Shown here piece by piece: positions 13,975-27,609 of a stretch of DNA of 64,000 nt. The translations under genes were made by a program, and so were the position numbers. Under the pieces are notes generated by a model, which had not been told where the DNA came from, ran no database searches, and saw only the letters and a list, made by a program, of their open reading frames with translations. This DNA is from Lama glama (lineage: Eukaryota): NCBI GenBank assembly GCA_028534125.1, contig JAPYYK010000105.1, positions 868,001-932,000 on the forward strand. Reading direction: 5' to 3'. Each line of letters begins with the position of its first letter. Position 1 is the first letter of the stretch.

Positions 13975-16900
13975 CAGGGAGTGATGGAAATGTTAGCTAT
14001 CTTGATTGTGGTGTGGTTTCATGGGTGCATATATCTATCAAAATTCATCAAATTGTACATCTGAAATATGTGTGGTTTACTGTACAAGAACCATACCACA
14101 ATAAAGGTGTTAAAAAAAAAGATTCTTGGTGTAGAAGAGAGGAAATACAGATGTAATATAGAAAAGGTTGAATTTTACAACCAAATGAGTCAGAAGGATC
14201 AATATGAACTCAGGAGGTATTTTCCCTTTTAAAAGAAAAAATAAATACACACAAACACACACACACACACACACACACACAATCTGAGCTCTGTTCACTA
14301 AAGAAGCCTGAAAACAATGACCAACTAATAGCAGAGATCATCCCTAGCACTTGGATTATCTGAAATACCATCTTCTATGAAAACACTTCTCAAAGAAGCT
14401 GCTATTCCTGGTTTAGGGCAGGAAATGTACAAGATGAGTCTGGAATATCTTGGCATACCAGACAGAGAGGCAGTCATCAAGCTACTAAGGGGTTAAAAAC
14501 ATTCAGAGCCAACTTTAAGAGGCTCCCCCCAGCTAGCGATGGAACAATTTGAGTTTCACAAAGTATAATCGCAATTGATTAAAACCTATCAATCAATGAG
14601 TTAATAATGATATTAAAAATGATTTTTTAAATGAATGGGTCAGCTTGAGAGAGTGATATAAAACCAATTTATCTTAAATGAATCATTTATTCTGCCTTCC
14701 CATATAAACTGCACCATGAGTATCAAATGGTAATGAGGACATGTGTCTCTTTATAAAGGTACTCTACCTAATAAATGAAAAAGAAATTAAAGAATCAGAA
14801 TATCATCATTTTGCAATCCTCAATGAATTAATAAATTTAGGCATTAAGCATTCATCTGACATCACAAAAAGAGAAACAACCAGACATTATGTATCTTCTG
14901 GTGAAATCTTGCCAAAGGAATTGAACCCAAATCTGATCAAACCTCTGGAACTGGCTCCCTATTTGCAGGAAAAATAAAAGACTAGAGCTATACGTTGAAC
15001 GCACCAAAAATACGCATCAGCAAAAGCCAGAGCACATGAAACTACAGTTCAACAGTCCAGTTCTTCAACAGATGAAATGCAAGGAAAAGAAAAGGATGAA
15101 GAAGATTCTGTATATTAAAAGAGACTTAAAAGATGCATGATAAATTTTTTTATGTGCAAGATTAAATTGTAGTTTCTAGAGATGTACCCCTGGGTGATAA
15201 AACTACAAAGTAGCATGAGGCAGCAATCACTATAAAAGTCAAGATAGGGACTTCTGCTTCTGGTCAAGATGGAGCAACAGGGACCAGATACAGCCTCCTG
15301 CCTGAAATAACTAAAATACTAGACAAAATATATGGGTGGAAAAAAAACTGTTTTTAGATACTGACTATCTAGCTGCACAGAACAGTGATCCCTACAACAG
15401 GGGAAACAAATGAGGTGAGCTCTAAAACTGCCCCAGCTTACTGCCTGGAGAAAATAGCCAGGCCAGACTGCGGACAGGAGGAACCTAACAGTCCTCTTGG
15501 ATTGAGGAGAAAAAGTTCGAGTTCAAGGAGGTCAGGTGTCTAGTCCACAGGGAGAATACAGGACAGGAGAGGAATTCGGGAAGAGAAGTCCAGAGACCTG
15601 CAGAGAGCAACCCCTGAGTACTGATCAGCACATGGATATAAGGAAACTTATACAAAGAAAGGTGAACAATTTCTGGAGCTCACATAAAACCAGGAAAAGT
15701 TAATGAGCTGGAAAAACCTTGTAATTCATGAGGCATTAAGTAGTGAGGCAAAAACCAGCCCTAGAACAAAAATTGCTCTGGTCCCACCTAACAAAGCTTA
15801 AAAGCAAGCCTCAAAGTGATCAAACTGTTTCCAAGTAACTTTACTGAATCCCAGAAATAAACTCAAGAATATGTGCAGGAATGTAAAATAGCTAGCACCC
15901 TGCATGTTAAAATTCTTCAGATCTGGAGCCAATTAAAAAATTATCAGGCATGAAAAGGAACAGGAAAATATAACCCATAATAAGAAGATGCATAAATAAA
16001 GCAAACAGAATTAGGATACAAGGATATAAAACAATTATAATTAAAGTATATGTATTTCATAAAGTAGAGGAAAGATTGGGCATGTAGAGATGTGAACAAT
16101 ATATTTTTAAAAGACCCAAATGAACATATAGGGATGAAAACTACAACATCTGAGAGTTAAAAAACACACTGGACAGGAGGAATAGCAGATTGGACACTGC
16201 AGAAGAAAGGCCTAATGTAATGAACTTGAAGACATAGCAATAGAAATTAGAGAAAAAAGACCGAAAACCCCCCCAGAGCACCAGGCTCAGTGGGATAACT
16301 TCCAGTAACCTGCAAATATGCAGCTGGAGTCCCCAAAGAGGAAAGAAGAGGGAGGTGGGGCCAAAATTGAAGAAATAATGGTTGAAATTTTTCCAAATTT
16401 CAACAGAATTATCAAACCCCATCTATCCAAGAATTTCAATGAACCCAAAGCACAAGATACAAGAAGAAAACTCTCCCAAGGCGTATCATAATCAAACTGC
16501 TTAAAACCAGTGATAAGGATAAACTCTTAAGCAGCCAACGAACAAAGCTAAGAACACAAGTAACTTCTTGGAAACAATGCAAGTCAGAAGACCAGGGAGC
16601 AACACTGTAAAATTCCTAAACGACAACAAAAACCTGTAATCCTATAATTGTATAATATATAACATTGTATAGGATCCAGAAAAAATATCTCTCAAAAACA
16701 AAAGTAAAATAAAGACTTTTTCAAGCATAAAAAAGCTAAAAGAATTTATTATTAGTGGCAGACCCACACTTCAGAAAGTGTTAAAGAAAATCCTGCAGAC
16801 AGAAGGAAAATTACCAGGTGTTATTTTTTAAAACCTCTTTAAAAGATCATTGATGGTTTAATGAAAAACTAATAATAATGTATTATGAGGCTTATATGTA

Positions 16901-17140
16901 GAAGTTATAAATGATAAAATGTTACACATGATAAAAGCCAGGACAGTAGTTACTTTGGTGGGAAGTGAGGGGGTTGAGATGATGATCAGGCAGATTAAAG
17001 GACTTCTGGTGTCGGCAAAGTTCTCATTCTCTATTTGGAAATTAATTATAAGAGTGTTCACCTTCTGATAACTTACAGTAAGCCATACATTTGTGTCATT
17101 TTCTAGATACAGGTTTTATTTTATAACAAGGTTCTTGAAA
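13975..17140 (+). mobile_element. Mosaic of old L1 fragments (3' ends plus a 5' UTR/ORF1 remnant from about 15250)
   Basis: 'gacttctgcttctggtcaagatggagc' 5' start; ORF1-like 'aagaaataatggttgaaatttttccaaattt' and 'aaggcgtatcataatcaaactgc'. Boundaries approximate. Confidence 0.75.
14245..14281. repeat. (CA)n microsatellite
   Basis: Directly visible CA run. Confidence 0.95.
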
Positions 17141-20100
17141 ACGGTATGGAGTGAACTTTTTGTGAACTATATAGACATGCTTAGAAAAAAGACAGGGAGG
17201 CTATGAAATCAAGTGTTAACACTGGATGCTGAGATGGTGGATGACTACTTTTCTATTTTCTCCAAAATATCTACTCCAAATATGACGGACTTTTGTAATC
17301 AGGAAAAAAAATAAAACCAATAAATACTTTGAACGGAAATACTTTATCCACAAATTGAGTATGCGGTCTTTGGGGAAATTCATACTCTTTTCACTATCTT
17401 TGCTCCTTTGCTTTGATTACATCAGCCTTGCCCATTCCTATCCGAGCTGCTCCGTGGTATGTGCTATCAGCTCAAATCTAGTAAAAAGCAGATATTCAAA
17501 AACGTTTTTGTACAGAACCGAATTAAAGGCAGTTAAAAACACATTGTTATGAATCTGTTTTTCTAATTAATAATAATATTTGGCTGAGAGGTAGGTAGGT
17601 AGAGGAAGAACAGCTATCCTGAATTCAGAGTGGACAGTCAGAGTCCTTGGGGATCTCTCTGGGAGGCTCTGGGGTTGTCTAAAAGATTATTTTGTAAACA
17701 AGGAGACTGAAGTATTGCACTTACATATTCTGTAGAAAGAGCCTTGTATGTCCAGTATTCCAAACCGAAATACAGAGTGCTTCTAAATATCATCTGACAG
17801 AAACCTTATGCCTGAATTAGCTGTACCCAAAACAAGAACAAAAGTAAATGAAGCCTGCCACAAACCTCTAACCTCACCAAAAGATCGTATCCCAAGGGAG
17901 GAAAAATCAGCACAAGGAAAATACCAGGTTTGACTAGAAATGTGAGGACCTGACAAAGACACGGCCTACCACAAACATCATTGCTCACAGAGCAAGCAGG
18001 AAAGTGAAAAATACACCATGAACATCTGTTGTTTGTGAATGACTAGGTCTGAGTCAAGTAAGATTAGCCAGTAGAATATCAGCCCTATAGCATCTGCAAG
18101 AAAACACTTCACTCACTCAAAAGATTAGCATAGGGACTACAATGCACTTTCTTTAAAAAAAAATGAAGTCCAGTTTGATTATGGATTTTTTTTAAATGTA
18201 CAAATTTGAAAAAGAGTGTCATGGCACACAGGATGTCATGTGCTCTCACTGTGGAAAATGGGGGGAGGGGGTTTCATGACAATGGAATTCAAAATTTGGG
18301 ATTCTATCTAACCTTGGAGCAATATGAGAAAAATTTAAATAGTTTCAAGAGAGGCACTGAGGGTTATTAATTCCATTAAATCATTAATACACAAACCATT
18401 TTAAGGATATATAGTGTGAGCTAAAGGTAATCTGAACACTCGTTCTACTTGGAAAATAAAAACACGTTCATGTGAGGGTTAGTTTACAGAGTTTATTCTG
18501 AAAAGAATTACGAGCGTCTGATGGGTGAACATTTGCTTCTTTGGGTTATGTACTATAATGTCCTCAACATAATTTTCATTACAAATGACTATACGGGTTA
18601 CCAAAGCAAACACACACATCATCTGCAGTAATGCACGCAGTCCTTTAAGCCAACTCAGAGATGGACAATGTAGAAGTGGAATCATTGCCTAGACAGAGGA
18701 CCGCTAGCAGAATCCCTTAACAGCCCAGTCTCCAGTGGCACATCTAAAGCAGGGTTACTACAGCCTGCATTTCGGCAGCCACCATGGAAAGAAATACACT
18801 TTGGAGTAGCGCAGGGAGCCCTGCTGTTCAGAACTGGCTGGTTCGGAGCCAATGGTTTCTCATCTCAATGAGCAGCAGCTGTCGCAGTCACTCAGCAGGG
18901 ACTTCTTTTTGAAATTTTTAAAGATCTTAATTGTGACCATCCCCTCTGGCTCTAAGTAAGGTTCTTCTTGCTCACTTGTCATTTTGGGGGAGCACTCAAT
19001 TTCATGATTGTCAACACAGAACCAAGTGGAGAATACCTTCATCTAATGAGCTGAATGAAAGGAACAACCAGAGAGAGAGAGGCAGCAGATGCAGTGGAGA
19101 GAGACCTGGGCCCCTTGACAAAACCAGACTCAAAGGACAGGCAGCCATGACTTTGTACAGATAAGAAAAAAACTTAAATCAATAAATGGTGACCACATAG
19201 TCCATCAGTCATAAATCTGCAAATACACCAAAAGAGTCTGGGTATATCTGCTTAATCAGCTTCTTTGAAAAGCACCTTTTTATGAAAATAAGCATGTGTA
19301 AATAAAGAGATCGGGCCATTTTCATCTGTCCACATAAAACCCAACTGCAAAAGTTCCTATGTTGAATTATTTTGGAGTCTATTCTAAGCTTTGATATGAC
19401 ACACACACACTGACGGTTAGTGAGATTGATGGAAGCAGTTGGGCGCAGTGGAAAGAACCTTGGACTCTCCATCAGAAAGCCCCAGTTCTGATGCCTGCTG
19501 GGCCACTAGCTGTGTGACCTGCGGCCCACGGGACAAGATTAAAGGGCAGATTCTCTCCGAGGCTGGGAAGTAAGTGTGCCTCCGGCCAGAGAAGGCTGGA
19601 AGAGGAAAGGAAAAGTGCTCTCAGCACATTTCAATTATTTGTTGTAAAAGGCTGTTCTTTATCTTATCTCATTTTTTTTTAAAATTTTGCTCATTTTTGC
19701 TTGTCTTATGCACATCTTTTGTTTAAAAAATGTAATAAGCTGTCCTGTTATATGGTAGGGGAAATTAAAATGCTACTATGTAGAGAGAAAAGTGATTCTG
19801 TTCATGAGAGGAGCCAGGGGGCACCTGCTCCAACAGGCTGGGAAAGGCTGGTCTCTGCTCCAGAGTCTCCCTGCCAAGCCATCCCTGTACACACACAGAT
19901 ATCAGAGGAATCTCCTAAAAGCAAGACTCTCAAACTGTCCACTCTGCTATTCATCAGAAGCTCCAAGATCCCACCGCTTACCATAGTTATGTACCAGTCC
20001 TCACCCTCATGCTCAAAGCTCCCTGTAGTTGGGCCTCAACCTGCCACCCCAAAGATACCTTCCCCCTAAGCTGCTCTCTGGGCACCCACGACCCACCAGG

Positions 20101-20719
20101 CTGAGACACTGGCCTCGCCCCCACCTGCCCCACCTGCAGCCTCTGCCTCTAATCTTCTACCTCCTCTCACCTCTGCCTGTGGAAATCTCATGCAGCCCAC
20201 TCGTTCAGCTCAAATGTCATCTTCTTCATGGAGTTCTCTACCAAATGGGGTTGGAGGAGAGGGGAAGGGAGGGAGATGAGAGACAAGAGAGATGTGCCGC
20301 CACTTGATAGCTTCGGTGCTGCAGAGGTAGGCACACACAGGGGCTGGAGTCTGAAAGCCAGCTGTGCCGAGATTCTCTGACAGTGGCACTGGCAGCCGAA
20401 TAAAGCAGCACAAGTTCAGCCACTGAGGTATTAAAACAGAGCCTGGGTGACCATCCGTCCAGGCTGTTACGGGGGGATTTCCATGCTGGGTGGGAGGTTA
20501 GACTGGGTGACCCCACATCCCCTTCCATGATTCTAAGTTGGGTCATGGCCATGGGGTCAAAACAGTGTTTCAAGTTAGAGGCTAATTTTGCTTTAGGTTT
20601 AGTTGTGGTTCTCTAATCTTACCTACTTGTTTTAATTTCTCATGTTAAAAATCACATAAAACATCTGAGGAAAAGGTGAAAAGGAATAAAGAAAAAAGAA
20701 AAGAGCAAAGACTTGGGAG

Positions 20720-20915
20720 TTGGTCTAGACTGGGGTGTGAATCCTTGCCTTAGAGGAGTTATATACCTCTGTAAGTCTTACTTTCCTCATCTGTAAAATG
20801 GGTTAATAATAGAACTATTCATATGGGGTTATTACAAGGAGTATATGAGCTAATACATACAAAGCAGTTAGTGCAGCACATGGCACATCGTAAGCATGCA
20901 ATAAGGGTTTATTAT
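20720..20915 (+). mobile_element. MIR SINE
   Basis: 'tttcctcatctgtaaaatgggttaataatagaactattcatatggggtt' MIR core. Confidence 0.85.
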
Positions 20916-21119
20916 TATTAACATCATTACCATTATAAAAGTGCTTTGCAGTCCCAGGCATCTGGAAAATGTTTAATAAATAAAAGCTATTGATAATATA
21001 ATACATTAAGCTGATATACTAAATAACATTAATTTAAAAGATTCATTTTAGATTCACTTAAGAGCAAACATTTAAAGACATAATTACATAAGCAGAATTT
21101 GGTAAACCCCCTACTCCAT

Positions 21120-21250
21120 TCTTAACCATTATTATCATTTCACAGATGAAGACACTAAGACTCAAAGAGATTCTATCACCTCCAAAGACACAGTGGAGAG
21201 GCTGGGACTAGAACCAAATCTTTCATTTCTAAGTTCATTCTTCCTTCCAT
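21120..21250 (-). mobile_element. MIR SINE fragment
   Basis: 'attttcacagatgaagacactaagactcaaagaga' is the reverse MIR core. Confidence 0.7.
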
Positions 21251-21459
21251 GAATCAGGTCGATAAAAATTAAAAAGTTAGGAGTGTGGTCATGTGCCAAC
21301 AGTTTATCTATTCACACATCTGAGAGACGTATTTCTTCCTCCACTGCTTATCATTTCTGAGCCTTTTCATTCCCTTACATGAAAAAGAGAAGAAATTTAT
21401 TCTACATGTAAAGAAGGCTCTCCCCCAGTCAAACACAGCAGATTGAACACATTCACTGA

Positions 21460-21860
21460 ACTAGTCAGGATACAGGTTCTACTAACAATGTCTTAAACAA
21501 GAAAGAGGTGTAATTCTCTCCTACATAACAGGGATCATTAGAAGGCCAAGGATAATAAAGTGCCCCACTATGTTGGGGACCCATATTCCTTCTCTCTCGT
21601 TGTTCAGCCTTCCCTGAGTGTCACCCTGTTCTGCAAGGTTGAAGATGGTTCACCACCATAACCATGTTCTAGGCAAAAGGGTGGAGAAGGAGAAGACCTG
21701 CCTCTTGCCTTGAAGAGGTTGACTTAGAAGCTACAGACATAACATATGCAGAAAGAACTGGCCAGAACTTAATGACACAGCCATATCTAGCTCCAAGGGA
21801 AGCTAGGAAATGCAGTCATTGTTCTAGCTTAAATTGGGAGGTTCTAGTAATAAAGGAAAA
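21460..21860 (-). mobile_element. Old MaLR LTR (MLT1J/K-like)
   Basis: 'ggccagaacttaatgacacagccatatctagctccaagggaagctaggaaatgcagtc' typical of old MLT1 LTRs. Confidence 0.65.
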
Positions 21861-22797
21861 AGACATTGAATAGCAGGTAAAAATTAACTCTGTTATGTAT
21901 GTTTACTTCCGCTTCCTCCCAAAACTCCCCTAAAATAACAGTAAAGGAATTCATAGACATAAACCCTCAAGGACAAAAAGAGTAAGAGAAATGACCACAG
22001 ATGAAAGATATCAAATGTGATAGTAGAATAAGACATTTTCAGACATGCAAATATTTTCACCTCTCATGCACAGGGATTTCCTGGAAAATATTCTCCACTA
22101 AAACAAGGAAGTCAATCAAGAAAGAGGAAGACAGTGGATCCAACACACTAAAGGGATGAAGGAAATTGTCAAGGGGATAGAAGAGTTAAATCCCCAAAAT
22201 AATCAGATTGCAATCCTAGAAAGCAATCAGTACAGCCTGGAGTAAGCAAAGAGAGAGATATAAGAGGAATGTCTAAGTGGAGAAGAAGAGGAAGGAGGAG
22301 GAGGAGGGAGAAGGAAGGGAAAAAGAGGGAGAGGAAGCAGGGGAGGGGGGAGAAGGGACGGAGAGGAAGGATGAGGAGAAGCGTCAACAACAGCTGCTAC
22401 ACCCCAGTGTTCACAGCAGCACCACTTACAGCAGCCAAACCAGGGAAGCAGCCTACATGTCCACTGACAGATGACTGCATAAAGAAGATACTGCATGTAT
22501 ATGCTATGGAATAGTACTCAGCCATAAAAAAGAATAAAATAATGCCATTTGCAGCAACATGGATGGACCTGGAGATTATCATACTAAGTGAAGTAAGTCA
22601 GAAAGAGAAAGACAAATATCACATGATAGCACTTATATATGGAATCTAAAAAAATGGTAGAAATGAACTTATTTACAAAACAGAAATAGACTCACAGACA
22701 GAGAAAACTAATTTATGGTTACCAGGGGGTAAAGGGGAGGAGGGATAAATTAGGAATTTGAGATTAACTGATATACATTACTATATATAAAACAGAT

Positions 22798-22890
22798 GGG
22801 GGGAGGGTATAGCTCAGTGGTGGGTTTAGCATGCATGAGATCCTGGGTTCATTCCCCAGTACCTCCACTAAAGAAAATAAAATAAAAAAA
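22798..22890 (+). mobile_element. Camelid tRNA-derived SINE nested in L1 3' UTR
   Basis: 'gggggagggtatagctcagtgg...cctgggttcattccccagtacctcc' plus A tail; imperfect TSD aaaacagat/aaaacacat. Confidence 0.9.
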
Positions 22891-22981
22891 AAAACACATA
22901 AATAACAAGGACCTACTGTATAGCACAGGAAACTACAGTCAATATTTTGTAATTACCTATAATGGAAAATAATCTGAAAAA

Positions 22982-22984
22982 ATA

Positions 22985-23040
<56 letters not shown>
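22982..23040. repeat. (TA)n microsatellite
   Basis: Directly visible TA run. Confidence 0.95.
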
Positions 23041-23041
<1 letters not shown>

Positions 23042-24289
23042 CTGAATCACTTTGCTGTACACCTGAAACACTGTAAATCAATTACACTTCAATTTAAAAA
23101 ACAAAAACAAAAAAACAGCTGCTAGATTACCTGTTTGGTTTACCATATTGAGAAAAGTTCTAGAGATCTGTGGAGAGTGTAGGAGGAAAATTAGGTTCAG
23201 TCAGGAATCTTATATAAGCAACATTTCACTGCAGAAAGCAAAAAGTATGTGTCGCTAGTACTGGAGGGAAGAGCACGTCCAGCTGGTTGGAGTGGGGAGT
23301 GCAGATGTCTCCTCTAGTCTCCATGTCCTCACAGGAGGTGCACGCAAGGTGGTGGAGATAGTCTGCTTGTCTACAGGGACATCCTGCAGGTTGTAAGAAG
23401 TCTAAATAAGCACTTACCAAGTCTCTGCTGCCTCTAGACTGGTCACCCTGAAACTCCAAGCATCATTAATATACATGATTGCAAAACCACCCTGCACAGG
23501 CCACAGGATCCAGCATCCTGGTTTTAGGTACAATTTTATCATACTACACCATCAGTTCCATCTTGCTACATCGTCCAGAGTTGTACTGAAATGACTTGGC
23601 ATCACCCATGTACAGTTATACTGCAACACTCTAAAATGTTATTAGGCAGAATTATCTCTAATATTACATGAGCTGGGAGATTCTGAACTTCCACAGAATC
23701 TGCCAAAAAGCACAGAGACAATTAGGGGAAAAAAAAAAAGGAAATTATTACCTTCAGGAAAAAGAAATATTGTGCAATATAGGAAATGTAGTCATAGTAT
23801 ACTATATGGCTCTGCTGAGTAATAACTATATGATCACAAGAATATAAAGACTGAATATTAATTTAACCAAAAACCGTGGTATAACTATACTGAGAGGATG
23901 AGAGGAAAGAAAGTGGGAGGAAAGAGTGTAAGAGAAGTAAAATCTCATTCTGTGGTAAGAAATCAAGAGGTATACTGTTTAAAATTGATAAATCAAGAAA
24001 CAGCATTATATGCCTTTTATTTTTTCCTCTTATATTCTCTTTTCTTTTTATCTCTATCCTTTCTTTCTAGATCTATGTAGACTAACATTAGAATTAGCTA
24101 TGAATTTAAAGTGATTGCCTCTAGGGAGCAGCAGGAGGGTAGGGAGAAACAGAGCAGGTGAATGCTAGTTTTTACTAAAAAACTTTTAGGATCATTTGAT
24201 ATCTTAACCACAAGCATTTAAAGCACAGAGGAGGAAACAAACGAGTATACCACATGCAGTGGGGAGTGCTACAACGCAGGAACAGGCAA

Positions 24290-24765
24290 AGTAAGGCTCT
24301 AGAAACAAATTCAGCCCATTCCCCGTTTTTGTACAGCTAAAAATGGTTTTTACTTTTTTTTTAAGTTTGAATAAAAATCAAATGAAGAATAATATTTTGT
24401 GACACAGGAAAATTACAGTATTCAAACTTTATTTTTTTAATTTAATATATTAAATCTCACTACAGATCAGCATTAATAGACAAAAATTTACAATCAGTTT
24501 TGATGAGAGCAAACACTAAATCTTAACCTCAATTAAGAAAAATTATCATCCCTAAAATAGAATTCCATTATCCTCATTAATAGTCCTATACTACAAAAAA
24601 TGTATTCTATTATTATTATATTTAGCATTTTATTAATTTAAAAAAGTGGAGATTTGTTTTCTCTCTTGCTTTATAAGGACCTACATATTTCCTTCATTTT
24701 GCCTCTTAGGCCAGAGCCCTAAAATATTTACTATCTGTCCCTGTACAGAAAAAGTTTGTTAATCT
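24290..24765 (+). mobile_element. hAT-Charlie DNA transposon remnant (MER58-like)
   Basis: End 'ctaaaatatttactatctgtccctgtacagaaaaagtttgt' resembles a MER58 terminus. Confidence 0.65.
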
Positions 24766-24907
24766 ATACTATAGAAGGAGGAGGGACGTTTTCTGAGAGC
24801 ATGTAGCAGGGGAACCAGAGCTGGCTGGTGAAGACAGGGGCCTGGGGTGGGACCAGAAGACTGAGTGGGCAGCTTTTGTGGCGGAAACGCCTTTAAGAAG
24901 CTGCCAA

Positions 24908-25036
24908 GGAGCTTAGTGGTAGAGGGCTTGCTTAGCATACAGGAAGTCCTGGATTCAACCCCCAGTATTTCCATTAAAATAAATAAATAAACCTAAAATA
25001 AATAAATAAACATAATTACCACCCCCACCCACCCAA
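24908..25036 (+). mobile_element. Camelid tRNA-derived SINE (slightly 5'-truncated)
   Basis: 'agcttagtggtagagggcttgcttagcatacaggaagtcctggattcaacccccag'. TSD aagctgccaa at 24898-24907 and 25037-25046. Confidence 0.9.
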
Positions 25037-25254
25037 AAGCTGCCAACAACATAAGATGGATCTTCTCAACAGAAACGTGTACACATAAAATGTCCCAGAG
25101 CCTCAGTATCTCTTCCAAGAGTCCAACAGACCTTAGTGGACCTTTACATGTGCCAGAACCCAAGCTAAGAATTTCAAGGAGGTAGGAATTCCTCTATAAG
25201 GATGCAGGGGGCAGGGATGGGGCACAGTTACTGAGAAGCAAACCTGAGGAGGCC

Positions 25255-26053
25255 ACAGCTGAATGGCTGTTGGAAGCCATGAGCTGCCCCACTCCCACTG
25301 TTCTGGAAGCCCATGCCTCTAGGGTGCCTTGGCTGAAGCAACCTTCTGCTCATGCAGGCCCTGGAGACAAGCTATAACCTGGCCCCCAACCTTCAAATCC
25401 CCCAGTGCCTGAGCTGAGACCCAACCTCCAGATGGGAACGTGAGCAGTCCAAACCAGGGAGCAGCAGCCCCAGTTGAACGTGACCCTGCTCTTGGACCCC
25501 AGGCTGCAGAGATCCCAAGAAGACATGACTGTGGATGTGACCCGGGCCAACAACCACCTCATCATTTCAACAACCACCTCATCATTTCCAACCTTGCAGT
25601 GTGGAGCTTGGAAGCAAACAGGCTCAGTCCAACTGTCCTGGGAGACTTGTGTACATAATGGGGGTCCAGGGCAGTGCCCACTTCATCTCTAGTCCCACCG
25701 CTGGGAGGTATTTGTGGGAAATAAAGCAGAATGGCATCAGGCATCCTCAAGGATCCATCAACAGGTACAGTGAGGGTCCTCCGATCTTCAAACCAAGGAT
25801 CCTGGACTGTCAGCCTGAGAGACACAATGTATTTCAGTGCCAGCCCTGTCTCTGGGTTTTGACTTATCCAACGTGAGGACCGTCCTGGATCTGGAGAGAT
25901 GGGAGGACTGTCACTTTGCCGCATCAGCAGGAGACCCACATGGTTACATTCACCAACATCTTGCCTCTGAGCTTCAATGTCCATTCTTCTGCCGAGACCT
26001 TTGCAGAGACAAGTAAATGTGTTATGGTAGAATCTGTCTCCTTTGGGATCTGA
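25255..26053 (+). pseudogene. Intronless RFPL-like (RING + PRY/SPRY B30.2) pseudogene
   Basis: Colinear motifs across frameshifts: (T)AEWLLEAMSCP at 25255; ELRPNLQMGT*AVQTREQQPQLNVTLLLDPRLQRSQEDMTVDVTRANNHLIIS from 25411; HRWEVFVGNKAEW at 25696; WTVSLRD at 25803; CPFFC at 25978. These match RFPL-family [58 protein letters not shown] as recalled. Start lost, stops and frameshifts present. Confidence 0.88.
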
Positions 26054-27609
26054 ATATTAAGACGCCTCCACAGTTCCTTGGAAAAGACAAATAAGACCTC
26101 TGTCCACAAGAGAAACCCAGGAGAAACAGACACAGAAGAAACTGAATTTGGGTTTCCTTGGAGAGGGCAACTGGCTGCCTGGGGGACACAGGGAAAGGAC
26201 CCCTTGGACCGTCTACCTTTGTACTTTTTGTGTGTCATATTCAAGTATTATCTATTTTTTAAAATGTTTGAAAAACAAAAATAAATTCAAAGGAAATAAA
26301 AATTACGTATTTGGGGGGAAAACTAGGTTTAGCTAATTTTAAGAATGCTTTGGAAAACCAAAATATAAGAATTGGTGTTAATTTAAGAAAGGTGTTTGGT
26401 GATAAACACTGACTCTGTTACCCATTTTTCATTGATAAAGTCAAGGTGATTTCTGTATCTATCACCATGCCCTGAGATATCAGGTAGATTGTAAGCCTTC
26501 TGAGAGAAGACATGCTTTTTTGTACCCCTCATGTGACCTAGCCCAGTTTCTTGAAGAGGATACATACTAAGAAACATTAGATTCCATCCCAAAGTAAATA
26601 TTAAAGTATGAATATACTCATGGAGTCTCTCTTCTGTGAAGGGGGATGGGGTCTTCCTTGTGTGGGGAAGACAGGGGGCTTTCCTTTCTCTTCCATTTCT
26701 GTTTCTCCCAGCCCGGAGTTCTTTTTTCTTTCAGTATTAATGGTAAGATCTAATTTTCAATAAGGACTATCAGTGGTGCCTGGAGATCCAGTGACCAGGG
26801 TCATTCAATAGAAAACTGTCATCTTGGCCTCCAAAAACAAATCCAGGGCTTGAGTTTCAGCCCACAGTTTTATCCCACCCATCAGAGCAGTGAGCTACCA
26901 CGAGGCCATAGCTCTCTGAATACTTTTATTTTTTTTTCCAGAAGAAACATGTTTTTCATGCAGAAATCTTAATAAATGCAACTGGGCTCCATTTCTTGGC
27001 TTTGAGGTAATGAAAAATTAATTACCATACTTTACAAGTAATAGTTCCCACTCACAGCACTCCCTTAGAAGTAAATATATCATAAATAGTTACTATTATA
27101 TCAATGGCTGGTGGATTGGGCAGCCTGTCGTCCATAAATCCTTTTTCAACAGACATGTTATTTCTTCCGGGGAACAAACAGATTTGTTTTAGATCAGAGA
27201 GTCAACTGACAGATGGCCTTTGTAAAAACACACCATTTGTATAAATAAATTATAGTTTTACTGTGGTATTCTGCTTTTCTGCATTTGAAAAATCAGTGCC
27301 CCCATTCTCTAGAATGTGTCTAAATTGTAATGAGCAATTTCATTTAGGTGTGAGGCCACGTTGTGCAGATTTCCCAACACAGATGCTAAGGGCCAAAGTC
27401 CCTAGGCGCTTGATGACACTTCCCATTACAATTGTCACAAAGAGCCCTGCCTGGAGGTATTGGGATGATCTCCCAGAGAGCCCCAGCGCCGAACAGAGCA
27501 AGAAACCAACTGGCACACTCCCCTTCGCTCCAGGTTCTGTTTCCATTAAACTTAATGACATCACGTGCTTCATTTTCCTAACTACAACTCTGAATATTTG
27601 GGGCTGACA

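Larger units (their letters stand above)
22400..23113 (+). mobile_element. 5'-truncated L1 with TSD, carrying a nested SINE and (TA)n
   Basis: ORF2 end ('atggaatagtactcagccataaaaaagaat'), 3' UTR and A-rich tail. 11-bp TSD aacagctgcta at 22389-22399 and 23114-23124. Confidence 0.92.

Noticed and set aside
22275-22380. Charged ORFs over a purine-rich tract
   Set aside because: GA-rich low-complexity sequence adjoining an L1.
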